Counted from the first letter of the stretch, positions 48,821 through 58,683 are shown. The stretch is 64,000 bases of DNA from a virus (IMGVR_UViG_3300014204_000002:64001-128000), one strand, 5' to 3'. A program made the numbers and translations. Notes: generated by a model from the letters alone, not told the origin.

Positions 48821-49172
48821 TATAAATATCTGGACGATCAATCATTATTCATGCAAGGGATGACACCTCACAAGAGGGATGAAACCTTGCTAAAGAACGA
48901 ATGCTAAATATCTCTACGGTTTGAATGCTCCTTGGTTCCTTCAATAAAGCCAAGTCAAATCGGGGTGTAAATTTCTCTTCGTGAAATTCACGTAAGAAGG
49001 ATTTAAACTGAAGTAAGCCCTGTTATCATTGTGAATAACAGAAATGTAGGACGCAAGTTTATAGATGAGCCATGTAATGTGATCATGAGAAGTTCAGGAT
49101 ATCAAAACAGAGTATGAAGCATTACATGAGAACAACTATTACAACTGGTTAGAGGGTTCGCGTATCCCGAAA
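48821..49172 (+). ncRNA. Promoter plus multi-hairpin structured RNA or leader
   Basis: TATAAATA-TCTGGACGA followed by six consecutive stem-loops. Confidence 0.5.
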
Positions 49173-49224
49173 ACCAGTATCTGGAAACCGCCATTAAGAA
49201 TCTAACAGGAGAAATGAAACAAAA

Positions 49225-49560
49225 ATGAGATCAAAAAGAGAACGACTTGAAATGAACGATAACATGATGACCATTGTACACAAGATGAGTGAGGGAAATC
49301 CTGGTGCAGTGTCAGTAATGTCTCTAATCATAGCCCGAGATCAAACAACTGCATTCATGACGTTACTGGATCTTGATGATATGAACATCCGGGGATCCCA
49401 AATCTGGATCGGTTACAAAGATCATTGCCACGAAGATCTTAACAAGTTTACAGAACTGGTCAACGCAAGAGATCAGGCACTCGTATCATGCATCAATAAG
49501 GAATCAGCCCGAGAAGGAATAACTGAACGCTGTGTAACTCACGGAGCAAGTTTCAAGTAA
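49225..49560 (+). CDS. Conserved-looking hypothetical protein
   Basis: KMSEGNPGA...LDDMNIRGSQIWIGYKDHC motif; AGGAG RBS. Confidence 0.7.
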   Translation: MRSKRERLEMNDNMMTIVHKMSEGNPGAVSVMSLIIARDQTTAFMTLLDLDDMNIRGSQIWIGYKDHCHEDLNKFTELVNARDQALVSCINKESAREGITERCVTHGASFK

Positions 49561-49584
49561 AGCATACAGGAGCAATGATAAACA

Positions 49585-50541
49585 ATGACAAAATTTAACC
49601 ATGCATATCACAATGAAAATGACCTTGTAGCGTTTGATGATTTCGCAGATCAGATCCAAGGTATGCCAAGAGCGATTATTAAGCCCCTCTACTTCAATGA
49701 ACAGATAATCAATGAAGACACCGGATTGTCAGAGTTGAAGCCCTCACGTTTTAATGCGGTGCTATCAGAAGACGAAACTGTTCAGTATAACGCAGTAACC
49801 AAAAATTACAAGCTTGCCCAGCATTCCGATGTAATGTACCAGGTGCTTAACACAATTCAGGCAACCGGAATAGACGGTAACGCACGTTTGAAGTCGTTCG
49901 GGAGCCGGGCATACATGGATATGGTTTTCTCAAATATGCAGATCGCAGATCCTACCGGTACTGATATCTCACTCGGTTACACGGTGCGAAACAGTTACGA
50001 TTCTACCGGCGCAATTAACCTCTTTCCCTTCGCAATCAGAAGAATTTGCTCAAATGGGCAGATTATGAGACTTACACCCGATCTTCACTTGAATGTTATC
50101 AGCATCAAGCACATGGGAGACATCGAGTTAAAGGTCAGAGAAGGCATGAAAACACTCATCGAGAACACCATGCGAGTTCAGAATGTCTTTGTTACCATGA
50201 TTGATCGGGCAAACAACAACGTCATTGAATTCCAAGGCAATGAACTTGAGTTAACCATGGCCGAATATTCAGGCTCAAGATTTAGCGCCCGTAAGATCAT
50301 CGACAGTAGCAAACTTCCCCTATCAGGCGAGATCAGTCAGTGGCAAATTGTTAACGCCATGACTCAATACGCCTCATGGAATGCATCATCCGGGTCTTCC
50401 TACGAACGCATTGAAACAGGAGCCGAAAAGATGTTCAACCTCAAACCTGATGAATTGAACAGCATCAAGAAGGCAGCCATTGAAGCAGAAGAAAAACGCC
50501 TTGCAAAACAGGTACTTGTCACTGCACCACTAACCATTTAA
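49585..50541 (+). CDS. DUF932-family protein
   Basis: VTKNYKLAQH, VRNSYDST, RRICSNG, IKH, WQIVNAMTQY motifs. Confidence 0.75.
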   Translation: MTKFNHAYHNENDLVAFDDFADQIQGMPRAIIKPLYFNEQIINEDTGLSELKPSRFNAVLSEDETVQYNAVTKNYKLAQHSDVMYQVLNTIQATGIDGNARLKSFGSRAYMDMVFSNMQIADPTGTDISLGYTVRNSYDSTGAINLFPFAIRRICSNGQIMRLTPDLHLNVISIKHMGDIELKVREGMKTLIENTMRVQNVFVTMIDRANNNVIEFQGNELELTMAEYSGSRFSARKIIDSSKLPLSGEISQWQIVNAMTQYASWNASSGSSYERIETGAEKMFNLKPDELNSIKKAAIEAEEKRLAKQVLVTAPLTI

Positions 50542-51040
50542 CCCATTTTTGCAGGTGAAGTATCAACAGGAGACGATAACTAAAATGATGATCGGTAAAC
50601 AAATCAAAACAACGAAGCAGAATAGCCGAAGATACCAAAACATGGCATGGCGAAACAGAGATCATAATCTAACAATTTTGAAGTAGTGTTAAATGAGTTA
50701 TCAATACTATGACTAAAACTTTTGTTGCTGAAATTTGCTTTATTAGCAACGACAAGAACGATTCAGAAGCACGATCACGATTGTATCGAATTATTAACAA
50801 TCCAGAAAACAATCTGGTTAGTGCATCAATTGAAGATCTCTACGAAATTGAAAACGAGTAAACAAAATGACAAAATTCAATGAAGAAGCAAGCAAAACCT
50901 TCTACTATGACGAAAAGCCATCTCTTCAAATTAAAGGTGACTACATTTACGCTTTTAACGAACTTGGAACCAGAGCATTGAGCATCGCAGAAATAGAGGC
51001 TCACATCCTCCACTCAGGTGATATCATCGAGGATTAAACA

Positions 51041-51217
51041 ATGGTACACTATTCACAAGAGCCTCATTTGTGTCCTTGGTGCAAGGCAGGTGACTTTAAA
51101 CCTGTACCAAATGAACAGAAGATCGTCCAAGGCATAGTATATCAAATCTGGAAATGTGACAACCTAACATGTAAGTATACCACAATGGCACGAGAACATG
51201 TACTACAACAGCATTAA
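51041..51217 (+). CDS. Zinc-ribbon microprotein (58 aa)
   Basis: CPWC...WKCDNLTC; GAGG RBS; translated by hand. Confidence 0.55.
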   Translation: MVHYSQEPHLCPWCKAGDFKPVPNEQKIVQGIVYQIWKCDNLTCKYTTMAREHVLQQH

Positions 51218-51494
51218 GACTAATTTCAAGTGGCTACCCATGTCTTCACGATTGATGCAAATGTCAATTCAGGCCATGGTAAATCACAATCACCTACGCC
51301 ACATACATCAGTATGGCAACGTCTATGAAATAACATTCATAAACATCAAATCAGAACAACTCTACACCTGCTACATAAAACATTGTGGCAACGAATTAAC
51401 AAGGTATCTAATCAACCGACCACAATTCCGGGTAATTGAAAGTAATCTCATCACGAACATCGCAAACAAATACGATAACAACCAGTGATATAAA

Positions 51495-52055
51495 ATGAGA
51501 ACTATTACAAAAGAAGAATTACAGGAAATTATAAAACTGCATAAACTGTACTTTATAGGAAATCCTACTGGAGTACGTGCATATCTAAGTAATGCAGATC
51601 TAAGATATGCAGATCTAAGATATGCAAATCTAAGTAATGCATATCTAAGTAATGCAGATCTAAGATATGCAGATCTAAGATATGTAAAAAATATTTCCAA
51701 TTACGTAGAAAGCACGACTTCTATTCTTCCAGAGGGTACAATTATAGGATATAAGAAGGCGTGTATTAAAAATTCTAATAAGAGGTGCATAGTAAAAATT
51801 AAGATCCCGGATTATGCTACAAGAAGTAATGCTACTGGTCGCAAATGTCGATGTAATGAATGTATGGTGCTTGACATAACAGGCATAGATTGCAATATCC
51901 AAGATAGGGATATCATAGTATCATCACATGATCATGATTTCATATATAAGATCGGAGAAACACTCAAAATAGATGATTTCGATCTAAACAGATGGGATGA
52001 ATGTAGCACAGGGATACACTTCTTTATAACTAAAAAAGAGGCTCTTGACTATTAA
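51495..52055 (+). CDS. Pentapeptide-repeat protein with conserved phage C-terminal domain
   Basis: Seven A(D/Y/N)L(S/R)(N/Y) repeats; GYKK...RKCR...ECSTGIHFF C-terminus. Confidence 0.85.
   Translation: MRTITKEELQEIIKLHKLYFIGNPTGVRAYLSNADLRYADLRYANLSNAYLSNADLRYADLRYVKNISNYVESTTSILPEGTIIGYKKACIKNSNKRCIVKIKIPDYATRSNATGRKCRCNECMVLDITGIDCNIQDRDIIVSSHDHDFIYKIGETLKIDDFDLNRWDECSTGIHFFITKKEALDY
51579..51683 (+). repeat. 7 x 15-nt coding tandem repeat
   Basis: GCA(T/G/A)ATCTAAG(TAAT/ATAT) units encoding the pentapeptides. Confidence 0.9.
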
Positions 52056-52296
52056 ATTTTTAAAGGAGATTTCAAAAGTGAAACTAACCAACAGAGAACA
52101 AATAGTCTACGATGACATTATTGCCCTATCAGAGTTAACCGACGATCAGACCGTAAAGATTGCTCACATATCGGTCCTTACATCAATTAAGGGAAGAACT
52201 CTTTCAGGCATCATCAGTTCCCTCCAGAGACGAAATTTAATTAGTACAGATGGCACTATCATTAAATTAACACAGGTGATACAAAATGAAATTTGA
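52045..52296 (+). CDS. Winged-helix protein
   Basis: KLTNREQIVY...LSGIISSLQRRNLI pattern. Confidence 0.55.
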   Translation: MTIKFLKEISKVKLTNREQIVYDDIIALSELTDDQTVKIAHISVLTSIKGRTLSGIISSLQRRNLISTDGTIIKLTQVIQNEI

Positions 52297-52528
52297 ACCA
52301 GATCACGATAAAAAGATCAGCATAACCTTGATCAATAAGAGACTGAACTTCTACGCACAACCTGAATATGACATAAAAATTCGGGTAAAAATAAATGGCA
52401 CAAATGAAGTAAAGGCCATAACGTTGCCAGATTATGTTACCAAGACGCCTAAATTCAGAGCAACAACAGAAGCCGCAAACCTGATAACAAACATCGAATC
52501 CAAAACCCGCCTCATGCTCCGAAGATGA
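52286..52528 (+). CDS. Hypothetical protein
   Basis: AGGTGA RBS. Confidence 0.55.
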   Translation: MKFEPDHDKKISITLINKRLNFYAQPEYDIKIRVKINGTNEVKAITLPDYVTKTPKFRATTEAANLITNIESKTRLMLRR

Positions 52529-52534
52529 TAAATC

Positions 52535-52864
52535 ATGACATCAATAAAACTTAATCCTATTCCCGATGATTACTTTGAACACTGTAAACAAAAATATGGA
52601 GAAGGTACACAATATGTCATCTTACATGAAGAATTATCCGAGTTATCAATTGCATGTAATGAACTCCAAAAACTTACATGTAAAATTATCAGAGGATTAG
52701 AAGATAAAAGAAATACAGCAACAGATGTAGGAAATGCAGTTGATCATATTTATGAAGAAATTGCAGATGTGAGAATCATGCTTGAGCAATTTATTTATAC
52801 AAAGCAGATAGAGTTCTACATCAATGACTACACAAAACAAAAACTCGCAAGAGAAGGTTTTTAA
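52535..52864 (+). CDS. MazG-like nucleotide pyrophosphohydrolase
   Basis: EELSEL...EEIADVRIMLEQ...KL motif. Confidence 0.7.
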   Translation: MTSIKLNPIPDDYFEHCKQKYGEGTQYVILHEELSELSIACNELQKLTCKIIRGLEDKRNTATDVGNAVDHIYEEIADVRIMLEQFIYTKQIEFYINDYTKQKLAREGF

Positions 52865-52867
52865 ATT

Positions 52868-53308
52868 ATGACTAACGATTTAGAATGGATGGATGTCATT
52901 GCAGGAGGACTGGTTGCATTATTAATAATATTTCTAATCGCTTGCATAGCGGCATTCATAGCATGGGTAACACCAGTAGAGACCATAGAAATCACCGATC
53001 CTAATATCCAAATGAAGAACATCTACAAAACTTATACCGATAGATTTGGCAGGCACGAAAGTTTCACCGACACCTATTTCATTGAAGATATAACAACACA
53101 TCGAGTATTCAAAACAATAGATCTTCACAAAGCAAACAAACTCCGATCAGGCACTCACTCAATCGAAATAAACATACATGATGAGATATTACAAGTATAC
53201 AACGTACCTGAAAAAATCTTGACACTCAACTTAACAAATCATATCAAAGTATCATTCAACTTTGACAGACTACGATTTAAGTGGAACATCTATGGAGCAA
53301 CGATCTAA
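52868..53308 (+). CDS. Membrane-anchored hypothetical protein
   Basis: Single N-terminal TM helix. Confidence 0.6.
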   Translation: MTNDLEWMDVIAGGLVALLIIFLIACIAAFIAWVTPVETIEITDPNIQMKNIYKTYTDRFGRHESFTDTYFIEDITTHRVFKTIDLHKANKLRSGTHSIEINIHDEILQVYNVPEKILTLNLTNHIKVSFNFDRLRFKWNIYGATI

Positions 53309-53979
53309 TGAAACTACACAGAGCAGAAAACGTATTGAAACTATTTGCAACCGGAAAAATCGAGAAAGTAAATTATGAGTATGAGTATCGTGATTGTAGT
53401 TGTCATTTAAGACAGTGGTTTAGAAACATCTACACATTTACTCAAATCAATGGTCCGGTATCACTAACTCACACGTATTGCAATCGCAAAATCAAACTGA
53501 AACTCGAAGAAGAGGAGAATCCAGATTGTAAGTTTTACGATGTTGAATATATGATGTTCAACGATTACGGCGATGATAACTTCGATCCAGAATCCGAATT
53601 CTACAAGAGAGTATTTGATTACAATGGAGTTGGAATACCTGCCACAATCATCATTGATCAAGACTGCAAACTGTATATTGCATCTATTTACAAACTGAAA
53701 ACAGATTATGGCTACACACTGGACTTGCAATACTTCTGTGATATTCCGAAAAACATCTACGATAAAATCTGGAATGGTGAAATAAATCACAAACGGCCAT
53801 ATCAGATTGTAATCAACAATTATCACATCACAGGATTTCTAACGAACTACATTGGATTCAGAGATCTACATAAAAGCATAGAAATAAAAATTAGAAACCA
53901 AGACAACGAATACTATGTGTTTACAGTAGAAGGATATCGATATACAGAATTGACACGAAATGACGCGAGATTAACATGA
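53308..53979 (+). CDS. Hypothetical protein
   Basis: ATG at 53308 (TAATG coupling) within ORF 53281..53979. Confidence 0.6.
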   Translation: MKLHRAENVLKLFATGKIEKVNYEYEYRDCSCHLRQWFRNIYTFTQINGPVSLTHTYCNRKIKLKLEEEENPDCKFYDVEYMMFNDYGDDNFDPESEFYKRVFDYNGVGIPATIIIDQDCKLYIASIYKLKTDYGYTLDLQYFCDIPKNIYDKIWNGEINHKRPYQIVINNYHITGFLTNYIGFRDLHKSIEIKIRNQDNEYYVFTVEGYRYTELTRNDARLT

Positions 53980-54110
53980 CCGAAGTAACACATGATCGAC
54001 TTGTACCAAGATTGTATCTCATTAGAGGTCTTCCCGGTGTAACTAAGTTGCTTGGATCAGGAATAAATATTAATAAAACAATGTATATATGTGATAGGAA
54101 AAGATTCTAA
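53976..54110 (+). pseudogene. Truncated N-terminal remnant of a P-loop kinase
   Basis: MTEVTHDRLVPRLYLIRGLPG then diverges at the P-loop; near-duplicate of the N-terminus at 55137. Confidence 0.7.
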
Positions 54111-55140
54111 TTTATTAATGTTTAATGGATCAATTAAACAGATTTGCGATATTAAAACAGGTGATGTATTAATGGGAATAAATAACAATCCTGCAATAGT
54201 TAGATATAATATATTAACAAGTGCGGAAATGTATAAAATTAGTCCCGTTAAAGGAGATCCATTCAATTTGTCAATATCACATTGTTTATACGGGAAAAGA
54301 AAAGTTAGCATAATTGAAAGAGACATATTTTTAAATCTAAAGACATATTTAGAGTCAGATAGAATGGCATTTAAAGAGCGATTAAAACTATGTAGATCTA
54401 CTGCTGTAGAATTTAACACCAATGATACTTTATTAATTGAGCCATATTTTCTTGGAATATGGCTTGGTGATGGGGATTCTAGTTCTCAAAAAATTACAAA
54501 CCCAGACAATGAAATTATTGAATACCTAACATATTATGCGAGTTCTATGCATATGAAAATTGCAAATTACACACCATTAAAAACAGCATCTGCATTATGC
54601 ATTAGCAATGGCAAAATAGGAACTCCATTTAATAACAGTCTGTTAAATAATATGCGATATTATAATCTTATTAATAATAAGCACATACCAGATTGTTATT
54701 TACTATCATCAATTGAAAATAGATTAATGTTATTGGCAGGATTATTAGATTCTGACGGCCATCTACATGCCAACGGAGGATATGAAATCACATTTAAATC
54801 GAAGCATTTAATGAATCAAACAAGGTTTTTAATAAAATCTCTTGGGATAGCAGCCTACACATCTGATAAAATTGCAACCTGTCAAACAGCAAATGGAAAG
54901 TTCAAGGGATTGTATTATAGAACATCTATATCAGGAAACCTTGATGTTATTCCATGTAAAGTCAAGCGAAAACAAGCACAAGAAAGAAACCAAGTCAAAA
55001 ACGTTTTAAGAACGGGATTTTCAGTAGATAAAATTGGATATGATAATTGCTATAATATTATGGTTGATAATAACTTTATCATACTTGATAATTTCACGAT
55101 AATATGCGACTCTTCAATAATAGGAGACTGTATTATATGA
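54091..55140 (+). CDS. Intein-derived LAGLIDADG endonuclease, apparently free-standing and splicing-defective
   Basis: Hint N-terminal IGKDSNLLMFNGSIKQICDIKTGDVLMG; PYFLGIWLGDG and LLAGLLDSDG; C-terminal DNFTIICD-S instead of ...THN-S. Confidence 0.8.
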   Translation: MIGKDSNLLMFNGSIKQICDIKTGDVLMGINNNPAIVRYNILTSAEMYKISPVKGDPFNLSISHCLYGKRKVSIIERDIFLNLKTYLESDRMAFKERLKLCRSTAVEFNTNDTLLIEPYFLGIWLGDGDSSSQKITNPDNEIIEYLTYYASSMHMKIANYTPLKTASALCISNGKIGTPFNNSLLNNMRYYNLINNKHIPDCYLLSSIENRLMLLAGLLDSDGHLHANGGYEITFKSKHLMNQTRFLIKSLGIAAYTSDKIATCQTANGKFKGLYYRTSISGNLDVIPCKVKRKQAQERNQVKNVLRTGFSVDKIGYDNCYNIMVDNNFIILDNFTIICDSSIIGDCII

Positions 55141-55949
55141 CAGTAAGAAATTCACCAAGATTATATTTAATCAGGGGTTTAGTAGGATCTGGAAAAACAA
55201 CGTATGCAAACACATTAGGTTGTATTACAATTGCGCCATCTGATATGATGAGTTATAGAGGAGGTCAGTATAATTGGATAAAAACTAATTATATGATATC
55301 AAAAATCCATTTTAGAAAAATAGTAAGAGATCTCATGGCTCTGCAAATTGATATTTGTATAACCGAACTCTTATTAGAAAAAAGATTTATCGATTTTTGG
55401 CTAAAAGAAGCAAAAGACAATTATTATGAAGTGCGCATTGGTACCCTATTGACCGATCTTAACACAAGCAAATCTCGAAACATTCATAATGTAAATAAAA
55501 CGTCTATTGCAGAAATTCACGAGCAAATGGACTATGGTATTCCAGATCAAATAATTGATTATAGCGAAGGAGAGTGGGATAAATCAAGCACAAACAAATT
55601 TAGGTCTCCTAATTTTGTTCCTAATGAGGAGAATCATTATGGGCTATCATCAAATGATATAATTGGTAACGAGATTAAAAAATTGATATCTGATAACCAA
55701 CTGGAAAAAGCAATTCAACTGCATATCGATATGAGTAATTATTTAGGAGCAAATGTGACAACCGACAAATCTGTTGCGCAAATCGTAGTAATCAACGACG
55801 AAACGTACATAAATAAAAGTTCATTGCTTCGGATCATGGCACACTTTAAGACTGCCATCAAAGAAGCAAATGAAACGGCACCAGAAAAACGCAAGATTAT
55901 CGTCTACACTCTTGAATCAGTAGAAGACATAATCAAGAAAGTTAATTAG
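55137..55949 (+). CDS. P-loop kinase (AAA_33 / polynucleotide-kinase-like)
   Basis: LYLIRGLVGSGKTT Walker A; SRNIHNV lid motif; AGGAG RBS; ATGA coupling. Confidence 0.75.
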   Translation: MTVRNSPRLYLIRGLVGSGKTTYANTLGCITIAPSDMMSYRGGQYNWIKTNYMISKIHFRKIVRDLMALQIDICITELLLEKRFIDFWLKEAKDNYYEVRIGTLLTDLNTSKSRNIHNVNKTSIAEIHEQMDYGIPDQIIDYSEGEWDKSSTNKFRSPNFVPNEENHYGLSSNDIIGNEIKKLISDNQLEKAIQLHIDMSNYLGANVTTDKSVAQIVVINDETYINKSSLLRIMAHFKTAIKEANETAPEKRKIIVYTLESVEDIIKKVN

Positions 55950-55966
55950 AGGAGACAGCAAACACC

Positions 55967-56266
55967 ATGACATACATTGTCGTTATTGGAGATCCAGCAT
56001 CAGGCAAGACTCATTTAGTGCAACAATTAATGAGCCAGTCTGACAAACTTTACGAAGACATTCAATCAGCACAAGACATACAAAAAATAATTAGGTATCA
56101 TGAAGGTAACAATGAACTCATTAGATGGCTCATTATAGACACCACAAAACCAGATTACAAAAATGGCCTCATAGACATAGAGATTGGAAACTTGCCCGGC
56201 AAAGTAGCAATTTTGAACATTATCAAACCTTGCATGAGGAATCAATGTTACCAAAGAACGTATTAG
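55967..56266 (+). CDS. Small P-loop protein
   Basis: IVVIGDPASGKT and WLIID. Confidence 0.6.
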   Translation: MTYIVVIGDPASGKTHLVQQLMSQSDKLYEDIQSAQDIQKIIRYHEGNNELIRWLIIDTTKPDYKNGLIDIEIGNLPGKVAILNIIKPCMRNQCYQRTY

Positions 56267-57633
56267 AAAAAATGCATCGATTAGAAGCGGCAGGTCATGA
56301 GTGTTACATTGTAGGAGGTGCTGCACTTTATAATTTCGCATATCTGAACATGGGCCTCACAAACTACAAACAGGAACCAAAAGATTATGATTTATTCACT
56401 AATTGCCCATCAAATGAACTATTAGAGATATTTCCAGAAGCAAAACCAATGGGAGGTCAGGATCGACTAAACAAAATCTTCACTGTCATTACACCCGATC
56501 AAGTAGAGATTAGCATCTATCGAGGCAATGGCGAAAGAACCGAAACAGGCAAGACAATCTTTGATCACCAATCCACATGTGATTTTAGCATGAATGCGAT
56601 TGCTATGAGTTCCAAAGGTGAATTCATCCTCCCACCTGATGTAATTAATCACCTAAAACAACAAAGACTCGTAGCAATGGGCAATCCCGAAGATCGCATA
56701 GCCGAAGATCCTAACAGAATTTTAAGGGCCTTTAGAATTGCAACAAAGTACGACCTGACCATTGAAAATAGTTTATATTGGGTATTACTAACCACATCAA
56801 TTGCCTCAATCCCGAAGGAAGTGATCCACGATGAACTATTAAAGATCCTACCTCTTGGAATAGATCAACTTTATATATCTGGTAAACTATTCGAGATATT
56901 TCCACGGCTAAAAGAAATGGAAAACATTACAGGGCGAGGTATACACCATGAGGAAACTTGTTTGGAACACACTCTTGAAACTTATCGACAGATGCTACAC
57001 CACACCACTGATCCGATATTGCTCTTCACAGCGATTGTACATGATTGGGGAAAAGTCACCGCATACGATCCAGACACCAAAAAGTTTACCGGACACGAAA
57101 ACATTGGAGCCAAAGAAGTAAAAGCCTTAATGCAGGATCTCAAATTCAGCAATCACGACATAAAGCGTGTAGTGTGGCTCGTTAAAAATCACATGAAATG
57201 CCGCAATGACGACGATTGCACGAAACGCTCACGAAGCAAATGGTACAAATTCCTAAATAGAATGGAAGATGCCGGAGTCTCAATCAGCGATCACCTAACC
57301 CTGAAATACTGTGACTCAAGAAGCAGAATGGTAACCGGCTACTGGGTGCATGAACAGAGCCTAACAACGCTTGAAACCTTCACCGATCAGGACATAACCG
57401 CACAATGGTATAACCGGTATATCGGTGAACATTTCCCGCAAAGACTAAAATATATCGATGTATCAGGAACCGATCTTATAATGCTCGGAATACCAAAAGG
57501 ACCACTGATCGGTGAAGTGCTCTCAAAACTTTACATAATGGTTCTTGCAGCCGAACTCCCCAATGAAAAAGAAGCCCTAATAAACCAAGTAGCAAAATGG
57601 CAGGAGGCCAAATCAAACATCTTCTTAAATTAA
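56245..57633 (+). CDS. cca: Class II (bacterial-type) tRNA nucleotidyltransferase / poly(A) polymerase with HD domain
   Basis: YIVGG...KDYDL, DFSMNAIA, EDPNRILRA, H...HDWGK, GHE, NHM; ATG at 56245 after GAGGA. Confidence 0.85.
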   Translation: MLPKNVLEKMHRLEAAGHECYIVGGAALYNFAYLNMGLTNYKQEPKDYDLFTNCPSNELLEIFPEAKPMGGQDRLNKIFTVITPDQVEISIYRGNGERTETGKTIFDHQSTCDFSMNAIAMSSKGEFILPPDVINHLKQQRLVAMGNPEDRIAEDPNRILRAFRIATKYDLTIENSLYWVLLTTSIASIPKEVIHDELLKILPLGIDQLYISGKLFEIFPRLKEMENITGRGIHHEETCLEHTLETYRQMLHHTTDPILLFTAIVHDWGKVTAYDPDTKKFTGHENIGAKEVKALMQDLKFSNHDIKRVVWLVKNHMKCRNDDDCTKRSRSKWYKFLNRMEDAGVSISDHLTLKYCDSRSRMVTGYWVHEQSLTTLETFTDQDITAQWYNRYIGEHFPQRLKYIDVSGTDLIMLGIPKGPLIGEVLSKLYIMVLAAELPNEKEALINQVAKWQEAKSNIFLN

Positions 57634-57720
57634 TAAATTAATCATTAGACATTAACAAAACCTTTATTTGCTCTTAAAATCAATAAAAGTTAAGTGAGTG
57701 ACACACTGGAGAATCAAAGC

Positions 57721-58068
57721 ATGAAAGTAGGCTCAATACAATGTCAAGGGATCATTACTCTTGACGGAGAACTGATACTTCCACCAAAAGGATCCGTCCT
57801 TGAAGTGGGAGGCATAGAGATTGCAAACATAACCGAGATCGTCATAAACTTCGTTGTTCACACGAAAGAATCAGATACCACATGGATTCAGAAAGGCCAT
57901 CACCGCAACATTGTAATCTCCCACGATGACATGATACGCAAAGCCCGCAGCGCAATACGAAACACAAAGCGCTTCAACTTTTGGGTCAGCAACAACACGC
58001 TAAACATCAAGGATCACCGTCTTGGCCCGTACAAAAATCTGATCGGCCACATCAACGGCAGAGTATAA
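57721..58068 (+). CDS. Hypothetical protein
   Basis: GGAG RBS before ATG 57721. Confidence 0.55.
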   Translation: MKVGSIQCQGIITLDGELILPPKGSVLEVGGIEIANITEIVINFVVHTKESDTTWIQKGHHRNIVISHDDMIRKARSAIRNTKRFNFWVSNNTLNIKDHRLGPYKNLIGHINGRV

Positions 58069-58089
58069 CAACAGAGTATAAACAAAACA

Positions 58090-58183
58090 TTTAAGTATTA
58101 ACACACACAACTAAATGATGCACCTTACTAACAGAAGAACTTTCAACAGAAAGACTAACCACCTTTCTTTCTTTTGTTATAGA
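58090..58183 (+). ncRNA. Dispersed promoter-hairpin element, copy 4
   Basis: TTTAAGTA-N7-ACACAACTAAATGATGC...TAACAGAAGAA/TTCTTTTGTTATAGA. Confidence 0.6.
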
Positions 58184-58404
58184 CGCTAAAATTCGCACCG
58201 TTGAACGCACTTTTCTTGAAACGACAACGCGTCTAAATGAACCGGCCTCCAATTCTGAACGTGCAGCGGGGCGGCATTTGTGTTTGCGCGTCGTGGCCCG
58301 GATGTAAAACGGCACGCATTTATATTAGCGATTCGTCCGGTTTTCGACGTGACTTCAGAAGGTTTAAGTATCTGGACGACAACATTATAATACAGAGGTG
58401 ACAT

Positions 58405-58683
58405 ATGACAAACTATGTCCAGTTGATGAAGCAAGATCGACTGGAATCAGAAATTGCAGAAACGAGGTCGAAGATTCGCGAGTTGGGCGACGCTGCCGAC
58501 GCGATTATTGGCGATCTCGGCAAATTAGTGGGGAATGATGATGCAGACAATGTTCTGTATACAGTGAGTGAAATAGGCAAGGCTCTGGCGCCATTGAGCA
58601 AAATTGCGCTGGAAATGGAAGAATTGGAGAACTCGATCCCTGGATGCGGCATTGAGGCGTATGATGTTGCAGGCGACAGGTAG
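58405..58683 (+). CDS. Coiled-coil hypothetical protein
   Basis: Promoter TTTAAGTA-TCTGGACGA; GAGGTG RBS. Confidence 0.65.
   Translation: MTNYVQLMKQDRLESEIAETRSKIRELGDAADAIIGDLGKLVGNDDADNVLYTVSEIGKALAPLSKIALEMEELENSIPGCGIEAYDVAGDR

Noticed and set aside
48698-48907. 69-aa ORF
   Set aside because: TTG start; overlaps a TGGACGA-class promoter and the first RNA hairpin; probably spurious, though not excluded
56125-56244. N-terminal extension of the nucleotidyltransferase
   Set aside because: Overlaps the small P-loop gene; the RBS supports ATG 56245
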